64,000 nucleotides of DNA from Thermodesulfobacteriota bacterium (lineage in GTDB: Bacteria; Desulfobacterota; Desulfobacteria; Desulfobacterales; C00003060). Below, piece after piece: positions 52,750-61,030 of the stretch. Both the position numbers and the translations under genes were made by a program. The first letter of the stretch is position 1. Every line of letters begins with the position of its first letter. The DNA lies in contig JAXHVD010000014.1 of NCBI GenBank assembly GCA_034189385.1, forward strand, positions 32,001 through 96,000, given 5' to 3'. A model generated the notes under the pieces. That model made no database searches and had not been told where the DNA came from. It saw only the letters and a program-made list of their open reading frames with translations.

Positions 52750-54105
52750 TCATGAGCTGATGCCAAAAGACTCTATTTTCTTGTAGAGCTGGCTTTTTTC
52801 CATACCGATGGAATCTGCAGTTTGAGAAATGTTGTTGTTGTTTTCAGCGAGCTTCTGCCGGAGATAGGCCTTCTCAAACTCCCTCTTGGCTTCGCTAAAG
52901 GAGGCCCCTTCAAAGAATTCCACACCAGCCTCTTCTTGTTTTTGGCGCCTGTATGTAGGAGGGATGTCGCACTCGTCGATGACATCCGCTTGTGTCATGA
53001 TGGCCAGTCTTTCCACCAGATTCTTCAGCTCCCGCACATTGCCAGGCCATGAATATTCCTGCAAGTGCTCAATGGCTGCTGGTGTCATGGTCTTTTCACC
53101 CCAATCGCTCTCCTGGGCAAATCCCCTCAAAAAAGTCTCTACCAACAGGGGGATGTCTTCCGTGCGTCTTCGCAAAGGGGGCACCTCGATTGGGATCACA
53201 TTCAGACGGTAGTAAAGGTCTTCCCTGAATGCCCCCTTTTCAATCTCTTTCTCCAGGTCTTTATTACTCGCCGCCAGCACCCGCACATCTACTGTCAGCG
53301 TTCGCCCCCCGCCTACCCTTTCAAATTTTTGTTCTTGCAAAATTCGAAGGATCTTTGCCTGGGTCCTTAGACTCATGTCTCCTATCTCGTCCAGGAAAAT
53401 GGTGCCCCCATTGGCTATCTCGAACTTGCCCCGCTTTTTTGACGACGCGCCGGCAATGGCCCCCTTTTCATGACCAAAGAGTTCGCTTTCGATCATCCCA
53501 TCCGGTATGGCAGCACAATTGACGTCAATCAAGGACTGGTCCGCTCGATCGCTCATCTGGTGAATCGTGCGCGCCACCAACTCTTTGCCCGTTCCGTTCT
53601 CGCCAATGATCAGAATCCAGGCATCCGTGGGAGCAGCCGTAGCGATCTGTCTCTTCATGGCCTGAATGGTCGCGCTATTTCCCGTGATAGAATGCTTCTC
53701 TAATGTCTTTTTGCGCAGGAAACGGTTTTCCTCCTCCAGCCGTCTGAAGTTGAGAGCATTATTAATGGTAACGACGACCTTCTCGATGGAAAGAGGTTTT
53801 TCGATAAAATCATAGGCGCCAAGCTTGGTTGCCTTGACCGCTGTCTCAATGGTGCCATGGCCTGAAATAATGATCACCTGAAGAAAGGGATTCGTCCTTT
53901 TGATTTCCTGAAGGGTTTCTATCCCGTCCATACCGGGCATCCAGACGTCCAAGAGGACCAGGTCCGGGGCCTGCTCTTCAATCAGCTTCAAGGCCTCATA
54001 CCCATTTGGGGCAGTCAGTGTCTCATAGCCTTCATCAGAAAGGATGCCACTTAATGCCTGCGATATGGTACTCTCATCATCTACAACCAATATGGTGGGA
54101 AACAT
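52750..54105 (-). CDS. ntrX: NtrX-like response regulator (REC-AAA-HTH)
   Basis: LVVDD/LLDVW REC, GENGTGKE, ESELFGHEKGAIAGA, FLDEI, FREDLYYRL, WPGNVREL; downstream of the NtrY-like kinase. Confidence 0.88.
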   Translation of the reverse strand: MFPTILVVDDESTISQALSGILSDEGYETLTAPNGYEALKLIEEQAPDLVLLDVWMPGMDGIETLQEIKRTNPFLQVIIISGHGTIETAVKATKLGAYDFIEKPLSIEKVVVTINNALNFRRLEEENRFLRKKTLEKHSITGNSATIQAMKRQIATAAPTDAWILIIGENGTGKELVARTIHQMSDRADQSLIDVNCAAIPDGMIESELFGHEKGAIAGASSKKRGKFEIANGGTIFLDEIGDMSLRTQAKILRILQEQKFERVGGGRTLTVDVRVLAASNKDLEKEIEKGAFREDLYYRLNVIPIEVPPLRRRTEDIPLLVETFLRGFAQESDWGEKTMTPAAIEHLQEYSWPGNVRELKNLVERLAIMTQADVIDECDIPPTYRRQKQEEAGVEFFEGASFSEAKREFEKAYLRQKLAENNNNISQTADSIGMEKSQLYKKIESFGISS

Positions 54106-54135
54106 AGATCAACCCCTCTTCCAAATGTCCATCCG

Positions 54136-54288
54136 TGACGGCTTCGCAAAAGTCTTAAAGTCCCTCACTCCGGCGAAAGCCGGAGGCCTGAACAGAGCTA
54201 CTGCACACCCGCCGGCAGTTTACCCCGTGCTTGATGCGGGGCCGGGATGACAACAAATGGTATCCTTCGGCTTTTTGCCATTTCATCA
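54136..54288. repeat. REP-doublet miniature element family D between ntrY and ntrX
   Basis: TGACGGCTTCGCAAAAGTC...CTCCGGCGAAAGCCGGAG...GGCTTTTTGCCATTTCATCA. Confidence 0.65.
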
Positions 54289-54292
54289 CCCC

Positions 54293-56506
54293 TCAAGCCG
54301 GCAGTTCCACAATGAAAGTAGTCCCTGTGGGGTGGTTGTCCTGGACCTGGATCGATCCGTAGTGATCTTCGACAATGGCATTCACGATAGACAGTCCCAG
54401 GCCCATCCCTGTCTTCTTGGTCGAAAAATAGGGCTCAAAAAGATGGCCCTTGTCTTCCGGCGAAATCCCGCTGCCTGTGTCACTAATCTCCAGGCGCACG
54501 CGCTTTGAAACTGGATCAAAACCCATGGTGATCGCAACAGTGCCTTTTCTCCCCACGGCTGAAATAGCATTGTCAATGAGATTGAGTAATACACGCTTCA
54601 TCTGCCCCCTGTCCAGATTCAATTGGGGGATCTCTGAGGTCGTCTCCACTTCAAAGGAGATGTGAGGGTGGGCCTCCCGGTAAAGGGCCACGGCCTCACC
54701 TGCAATCTGTGGCAGGTGGCACGGTTCAGGGTTCACAGCCGGCAGACGAGCAAAGGAAGAGAACTCATTGACGAGGCGTCCTATCTGATCCACCTGGTCA
54801 ATGATGGTCTGAGTACACTCTCCAAAGATCGCCTTGTCGTGACGAATCTGCTTACCATACTTGCGCCTAAGCCTTTGTGCAGAAAGCTTTATAGGTGTCA
54901 GGGGGTTTTTCACTTCGTGGGCAATGCGTCTTGCCACCTCACGCCAAGCCGCCATCCTCTGGGCCTTCTCAATCTCTGTGAGATCGTCAAAGACAACGAC
55001 CGTGCCCATGTACCGCTCCTTCTCATCCCTAAGGGCAGCCACATGGACCATGAAGGTGCGCGCTGTTTCATCAACCGTAATCTTGACGGTCCTTTCCACA
55101 GAATTGCCGGGACCCCCTTTTAGCTCTTTCAACAAATCTTTAGCTTGTGTCAGGTGTTCAGGCTTCAGTACCTCCTCATACATCCGGTTGAGAAATCCCT
55201 TCCCTTCGATGCCAAGCATTTTCTCTGCTGATTTGTTGATCGTCGTAAAAAAACCCCCGGCGTCCAGCGAAACAACACCGGCAGATACGTTCTGTAACAC
55301 GGTCTCCATGTATAAACGCCGCTGTTCAATCTCTAGGTTTCTCTTCTTGAGCTCCTGTGTAGACAACTCCAGCTGTGCTTTACCCAATCTCAAATCCCGG
55401 GTCATCCTGTTAAAGGCATCCACCAGCGTGCCCATCTCGTCATCAGAAACCATCTCAAGGGCAAAATTCAGATCGCCGTCAGCCACCCGGCGCGTTCCTT
55501 CGGCCAACTCCTGGATGGGAACCGTTAGGGTTTTTGCCAGATAGAACCCAAACCACGTGGCGCAGAACATGATCAGCAGGGCCACGATGGAAAGCGTAAT
55601 GAGATGGCTGACCTGGATAGGCTTCTTCACCATCTTCATCTGCTGGTACTGGTCAAAGCCCCTTAAGATGGTGGTCATGTTTTCTGACAGGTTTGGCGGA
55701 ATCACGGTTGTCACAGCCACGACCCCCAGCGCCTTATCGCTGCTCGCGTTCACTGGGATGCTACCGAGGGTCCTGATCATCTCGCCCGAAGGAAGGAACC
55801 CTGTGATGGTCGGAAACCCTCTTCGTCGCAATGCCTTCTGAATGCTCTCAGCAGGCACGGGTGGAAGGGGTGCACCTTCCAGTTCGGCATCGAGCCCGAC
55901 GGCCAGCCGCTCAGACCGATTAGAATAGATTTCTATGGCCTGTAGATTAAAGGCCCCCTGCACAACCCGAACATAATGCTTCAGCGCTTCGCTGTTCTTC
56001 TCCACCAGCAGGTCTCTGCGGACAATCTGATAGGCGATCCTCTCCAAGAAGAAACGATTGTTCTCTCCAACCTGCTTGTATACCTGTTTACCTACCTCCA
56101 GAGACTTCTCCAAGGACTGTTCCACCGGGACATTAAACCAGAAGGCCACACTTGACGTGAGAAACTGCGATGAAAAAAAGAAAAGCAGGACCGTTGGGAT
56201 GAGAGACAGACAGGCAAAGGCCACCACAAGCTTCGTCCGCAGCTTCGCGCCCATCACCTTGCGCTTGCGGTCATAGAGGAGTTTCACCACGTTTCTCAGC
56301 ACGAGAAAAATCAACAGCAACAGCAACAGCATGTTCATATTGATAAGAATGAACGTGATGATGGTGTTGGAAACGGGGAGTCCCGTGCCAAAACGGATAA
56401 CCTTGGTTTCTATATAGGTAAGAAAGGCGACGGCGAGGACCAAGATGAGAATAATGATCCGCTCACGCTTGCGGCGCTTGGCTTCCTCTTGCGACATGGG
56501 TAACAT
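54293..56506 (-). CDS. ntrY: NtrY-like sensor histidine kinase (TMs, HAMP, PAS, HisKA, HATPase)
   Basis: GAKLRTKLV, AWREVARRIAHEVKNPLTPI, NLIDNA, DTGSG, GMGLGL. Confidence 0.92.
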   Translation of the reverse strand: MLPMSQEEAKRRKRERIIILILVLAVAFLTYIETKVIRFGTGLPVSNTIITFILINMNMLLLLLLIFLVLRNVVKLLYDRKRKVMGAKLRTKLVVAFACLSLIPTVLLFFFSSQFLTSSVAFWFNVPVEQSLEKSLEVGKQVYKQVGENNRFFLERIAYQIVRRDLLVEKNSEALKHYVRVVQGAFNLQAIEIYSNRSERLAVGLDAELEGAPLPPVPAESIQKALRRRGFPTITGFLPSGEMIRTLGSIPVNASSDKALGVVAVTTVIPPNLSENMTTILRGFDQYQQMKMVKKPIQVSHLITLSIVALLIMFCATWFGFYLAKTLTVPIQELAEGTRRVADGDLNFALEMVSDDEMGTLVDAFNRMTRDLRLGKAQLELSTQELKKRNLEIEQRRLYMETVLQNVSAGVVSLDAGGFFTTINKSAEKMLGIEGKGFLNRMYEEVLKPEHLTQAKDLLKELKGGPGNSVERTVKITVDETARTFMVHVAALRDEKERYMGTVVVFDDLTEIEKAQRMAAWREVARRIAHEVKNPLTPIKLSAQRLRRKYGKQIRHDKAIFGECTQTIIDQVDQIGRLVNEFSSFARLPAVNPEPCHLPQIAGEAVALYREAHPHISFEVETTSEIPQLNLDRGQMKRVLLNLIDNAISAVGRKGTVAITMGFDPVSKRVRLEISDTGSGISPEDKGHLFEPYFSTKKTGMGLGLSIVNAIVEDHYGSIQVQDNHPTGTTFIVELPA

Positions 56507-56517
56507 GGAGGTTGGCC

Positions 56518-57147
56518 CTAGTACATGAAGTCCAAAGTGTACCAGTCAGTCTCGAAATCCCAGAGAAACAGGAAGAACCGAAACACGTAATGGAGATAAA
56601 AGGGAAGGGTTATCTTGCTGAGTTTGGCCTTTATCTCGACTTCATAGCGATGGCCTTTTTCCAGGATGTCGAGCTCGGCAATCTTGAGATTCTCCACTTC
56701 AGCCATGATCTCTTTGGCTTCAGACAGGGAGTTCACCACAAGGGGACACCCCTCGCGCTCGCTCCTTGTGATGACAAATTCGTTCTTCAGATTATTGTAT
56801 TTTACCGTGTGGGTTATCTCCAAGCTGGCCAGTTCCTTGTCTGCCCACCAGCCTCGAACGCGCTCAAGGGCGGTCAGGAATCTGAACGTCGTTGGAATCC
56901 CGTTTAGGATGGCCTGCTCTAAATCGTCGGTGAAACATCCCTCCACCCGAAAATGGACGATGATACCATCTGGGGTGTTCTTCACCACCACGTCCGTTAT
57001 CCTTGCATCCTCACTCCAGGCGAACTGCGAAGAAAACAGGATTGCGCACAGTGTGACGATCAAAAGCCCTTTTCTCACGTAGGTTATAATGCTTTCCTCC
57101 CGTCCTGCTACCGCCTCATGCCCACAGTGCCCGTGGCCCCTTTCCAC
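56518..57147 (-). CDS. DUF4390 family exported protein
   Basis: Signal-like segment, AILNGIPTTF, LPFYLHY..WDFETDW; usual position upstream of ntrY. Start uncertain, likely downstream of 57147. Confidence 0.82.
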   Translation of the reverse strand: MERGHGHCGHEAVAGREESIITYVRKGLLIVTLCAILFSSQFAWSEDARITDVVVKNTPDGIIVHFRVEGCFTDDLEQAILNGIPTTFRFLTALERVRGWWADKELASLEITHTVKYNNLKNEFVITRSEREGCPLVVNSLSEAKEIMAEVENLKIAELDILEKGHRYEVEIKAKLSKITLPFYLHYVFRFFLFLWDFETDWYTLDFMY

Positions 57148-57336
57148 GAACGACAGCCAGCCTGAACTAGGCTACACCCTTGCCCCTGGCCCCCCGGCCA
57201 TTGAAAGCCCTCATCAACTCCCAAAAGAGGCCCGAAGGAACCCAATAGGCCTGACCAAGGGTCGTAACCACCTTAAATCACGATAACGAACTGGGGATTA
57301 AATTGCAAGGGATTTCGAGGCCAAACAGGGATGGGC

Positions 57337-58209
57337 CTAAGGTGAAAAGGTCGATGCCTCCACCGTATCCCAGCAAGACCGTTGGTCAATGAACCGCGTC
57401 AACAGGGCATGATTGAGGGTGTGACCGGACTTGTGGGCTACAATATGGCCCACAATGCCCATGCCTAAAAGAGATAGGTCACCAATACAGTCGAGTATCT
57501 TGTGGCGAACAGGCTCATTCTGGTACCGAAGCCCTTCCGGATTCAACACCTTTTCCTTGTCAATGACCACAGCATTGTCCAAAGACCCACCGCGGGCGAA
57601 TCCATTCCGCTTCAAATACTCGACTTCATGCAGAAAGCCAAAGGTCCTGGCGCGGCTGATCTCCTCTTCAAAATGCCCATTATCCAGAGAAATAGAGTAG
57701 GTCTGGTCTCTCAACATGGGGTGGTCAAAGTCTATGCTGCACGTCACCTTAGGAATGTCTGATGGGTAGAGCCCGACCTTTTTGTCTGCCTCTTCCATTT
57801 CAATGGGCTTCTTGACGACAAAGAAGAACCGTTTACCCGATTGGGGACTAATCCCTGCCTCTTTCAGCATCGACGTAAAGGGTCCGGCGCTACCGTCCAT
57901 GATGGGAGCCTCATAGGCATCCATCTCCACTAGGGCATTGTCTATCTGCAAACCTGCAAATGCAGCCATGAGGTGTTCAATGGTAGAAACGATCACCCCA
58001 TCGGCACCCAAGGTGGTCGCCAGACTCGTGTCAATCACATTGCGAAAATGGGCGGCAATCACCGGCTTGTGGGGAAGATCAACCCGGACAAACTTTACCC
58101 CGTGGTTCACGGGGGCCGGTTTGATGGTCAACGTAACGCTTCTCCCCGAATGGAGCCCCACACCGGCACACTGAACCGATTTTCCTAACGTTTGCTGGTG
58201 ATCATGCAT
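57337..58209 (-). CDS. lpxC: UDP-3-O-acyl-GlcNAc deacetylase
   Basis: GVGLHSG, TIEHLMA, PIMDGSA, ARTFGF, HKILDCIGD, SGH. Confidence 0.97.
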   Translation of the reverse strand: MHDHQQTLGKSVQCAGVGLHSGRSVTLTIKPAPVNHGVKFVRVDLPHKPVIAAHFRNVIDTSLATTLGADGVIVSTIEHLMAAFAGLQIDNALVEMDAYEAPIMDGSAGPFTSMLKEAGISPQSGKRFFFVVKKPIEMEEADKKVGLYPSDIPKVTCSIDFDHPMLRDQTYSISLDNGHFEEEISRARTFGFLHEVEYLKRNGFARGGSLDNAVVIDKEKVLNPEGLRYQNEPVRHKILDCIGDLSLLGMGIVGHIVAHKSGHTLNHALLTRFIDQRSCWDTVEASTFSP

Positions 58210-59152
58210 GACAGATCGTCCCTCTTACTCAATATCAAGTTTCTTGTAAAGAAAAAACGCACAAGGCCTCAAACGGGGGCCAAGAGACGCACTAGCCCAC
58301 CCTGCCGTTGGCTCCTTGGAAAAAGGCTGCCTTATAGATTTAATACAATGAAATACCTAGATATTTGCCCCTTTTCTATGAACAGGCCCGTTGCCCGCCC
58401 CTGTGCCGGGACGCTCCAGGCATCTTCTGCCCGCCCCAGCCTCATGTCCTGTCATTTATTAAACGCCACGGACACCCTATAAATTGGGCCGTAATGTACG
58501 CATTTTATGGCCGTTGTCAACAAAATCCTCACCTTTATGGCAATTTGTAGGCCTTATCATGTTCTCTTTAGGATAAGAGCCTGTATTCAAAAGGACAGAT
58601 GACCGTGTGGTTTACACCCCCAACGGCTGGTGATCTTCTGCTTTTCCAATCTTGCCCCATGATGTGTTCCTACTATACATCTTTAGACATTGAACAAGTT
58701 ATATAATGATAAGATCAATAAATATGTGGTTGTTACAGTGGAAGGGCTGGATGGTGTGAGGGTAATCTGGAGCCCTTCGGTACTGGGGGGAGCTCATTTC
58801 CTCTACGATAAAAGAAAAAGAGGACATCATCTAAAACAGAAAGGTCAAACATGCCACGGCACTTCCATCCCACGGGCTGCTCAGATGAGATCTAATCCAC
58901 CCCCCTCCAATACACCAAGTTATGTCGTCGGTGTTTTCGTGTCGTTTCGCCTTGACTCAGGAACCCAAATGTTCGTACATAGCCTTCACGAAAGCGGCAA
59001 GTCTTTTCATCTATCCCTCTCATTCTGCCTGCGGCCGTATAGGGACTTTTGAAGTTCATGAATCTGTCCGCCACTGATTCGTAAAAGGGGCAAAAGACGC
59101 GTTGAATAGCTTCTGTTGTTATTTGTTCGGAACGGGGGAAGTTTTATAGACA

Positions 59153-61018
59153 ATGCCGAACCAAAGCATGCCTGATGTCTCAAAGTATGGCTCTATTCAT
59201 GATTTTTTAAAGGCCCAAGCCCAGCGAGCACCTAATGCTCTTGCCATTCTGGCTCCTGGGCGGAATCCCCTTACGTACAGCGAATTGTGCATTCAAACTG
59301 AAGGTACGGTGGAAATGCTAAATGCAATGGGGGTTGGCCGTAATGACCGCGTAGCCATTGTTCTTCCTAACGGCCCCGAGTTAGCCGCTGCCTTTCTGGC
59401 AGTGGCCTCTGGGGGAACCAGCGCCCCGCTGAATCCCGCCTATGGCGCTAAGGAATTTGATTTCTATCTTGGCGATTTAGATGCCAAGGCATTGGTTATT
59501 CAATCTGGCATGGACTCGCCAGCGATCAGCGTGGCACGAACACGCGGGACCCCCATCATCGAACTGTCACCTGTGGTTGAGGCAGGGGCAGGGAGTTTCA
59601 CGCTCGTGGGCGCTGAACGATCGGCAGCGGCCAATGGCGGCATTGCACAGCTGGAGGATGTGGCTCTGGTGCTGCACACCTCAGGCACGACATCGCGACC
59701 CAAGGTCGTCCCCCTGACCCAGAGGAATCTTTGCACCTCGGCCCACAACATTCGGAGCGCTTTTGAGTTGGGTGATAGCGATCGCTGTCTCAATGTGATG
59801 CCCCTATTTCACATTCATGGCCTCGTGGGAGCCATCCTTTCGACGCTGGCGGCTGGCGGGAACGTCGTTTGCACTCCAGGCTTTGACGGGTCCGAATTCT
59901 TCAACTGGGTGGCAGGGTTTCACCCAACTTGGTACACGGCAGTGCCTACCATGCACCAGGCGATCCTGAACGGTGCTTCATCCCATCACAACGTCATCGC
60001 CCGTTATCCGCTGCGATTCATACGTTCCTGTTCTGCCCCTTTGCCGCCAAAGACAATGGCAGCGTTGGAAGGCCTGTTCAATGCCCCTGTGCTTGAGTCG
60101 TACGGGATGACCGAGGCTGCCCACCAAATGACCAGCAATCCCTTGCCTCCCCGTAAGCGTAAACCTGGTTCCATAGGGATACCCACCGGACAAGAGGTGG
60201 CCATCATGAATGAAACAGGCGACCTTCTAAAGACAGGCGAGACCGGTGAGATCGTGATCCGAGGTGCGAACGTCACACAGGGCTATGAAAACAATCCGGA
60301 AGCCAACAAAAGCGCTTTTTGCAACGGTTGGTTCAGAACCGGGGATGAAGGCTTTTTTGACGAAGACGGCTACTTGTTCTTGACAGGCCGTATCAAGGAA
60401 ATGATCAATCGTGGCGGCGAAAAAGTAGCGCCGAGAGAAATTGATGAGGCGGTCATGGAGCATCCTGCTGTGGAACAAGCTGTGACCTTTGCCGTCGCCC
60501 ATGCCACCCTTTGGGAAGATGTTGCCACAGCCGTGGTGTTGGGAGCAAAGGCTTCGGCAACGGAGAAGGAGATCCGTGAGTGGGCCTTTGCACGACTGGC
60601 TGATTACAAAGTGCCAAGCCAGGTGGTCATAGTAGATGAGGTGCCGAAAGGCCCTACCGGGAAGCTTCAACGCATCGGTTTGGCAGAGAAGTTCATGTCA
60701 AAGCTCAAGTCACCATTCGTGGCACCCAGGAATCCGGCGGAGAAGGCCGTGGCCAGGATCTGGGCCGCGGTCCTGGATATGGAGCAGGTAGGGATTTACG
60801 ACAACTTCTTCGGACTGGGTGGAGACTCGCTCCTTGCCACCCAGGTGGTTTCTCGGTTGCGGGCAGCTTTTCGTGTGGAGCTGCCCTTGCCAACGATGTT
60901 TAGGGGGCCCACTGTGGCCGACCAGGCGTCATTGATTGAAGAGCTGCTCATGAGTGAGGTGGAAGGGCTGACAGAAGAGGAAGCGCGACAGTTTCTTGAG
61001 CAGCGACACGGCTTTTGA
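59153..61018 (+). CDS. Acyl-CoA-ligase (oxalate--CoA ligase AAE3/Pcs60-like) fused to a phosphopantetheinyl carrier domain; NRPS loading protein
   Basis: LHTSGTTSRPKVVPL, MPLFHIHGL, TWYTAVPTMHQ, LRFIRSCSAPL, YGMTEAAHQMTSNPLP, PTGKLQR; then DNFFGLGGDSLLA and an acidic docking-type tail. Confidence 0.88.
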   Translation: MPNQSMPDVSKYGSIHDFLKAQAQRAPNALAILAPGRNPLTYSELCIQTEGTVEMLNAMGVGRNDRVAIVLPNGPELAAAFLAVASGGTSAPLNPAYGAKEFDFYLGDLDAKALVIQSGMDSPAISVARTRGTPIIELSPVVEAGAGSFTLVGAERSAAANGGIAQLEDVALVLHTSGTTSRPKVVPLTQRNLCTSAHNIRSAFELGDSDRCLNVMPLFHIHGLVGAILSTLAAGGNVVCTPGFDGSEFFNWVAGFHPTWYTAVPTMHQAILNGASSHHNVIARYPLRFIRSCSAPLPPKTMAALEGLFNAPVLESYGMTEAAHQMTSNPLPPRKRKPGSIGIPTGQEVAIMNETGDLLKTGETGEIVIRGANVTQGYENNPEANKSAFCNGWFRTGDEGFFDEDGYLFLTGRIKEMINRGGEKVAPREIDEAVMEHPAVEQAVTFAVAHATLWEDVATAVVLGAKASATEKEIREWAFARLADYKVPSQVVIVDEVPKGPTGKLQRIGLAEKFMSKLKSPFVAPRNPAEKAVARIWAAVLDMEQVGIYDNFFGLGGDSLLATQVVSRLRAAFRVELPLPTMFRGPTVADQASLIEELLMSEVEGLTEEEARQFLEQRHGF

Positions 61019-61030
61019 TGGGCTGGAAGC

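Noticed and set aside
58210..59152. Hidden gene or riboswitch in the 940-bp gap before the NRPS
   Set aside because: Only short motif-less ORFs, isolated hairpins and promoter-like AT tracts; nothing I can support.
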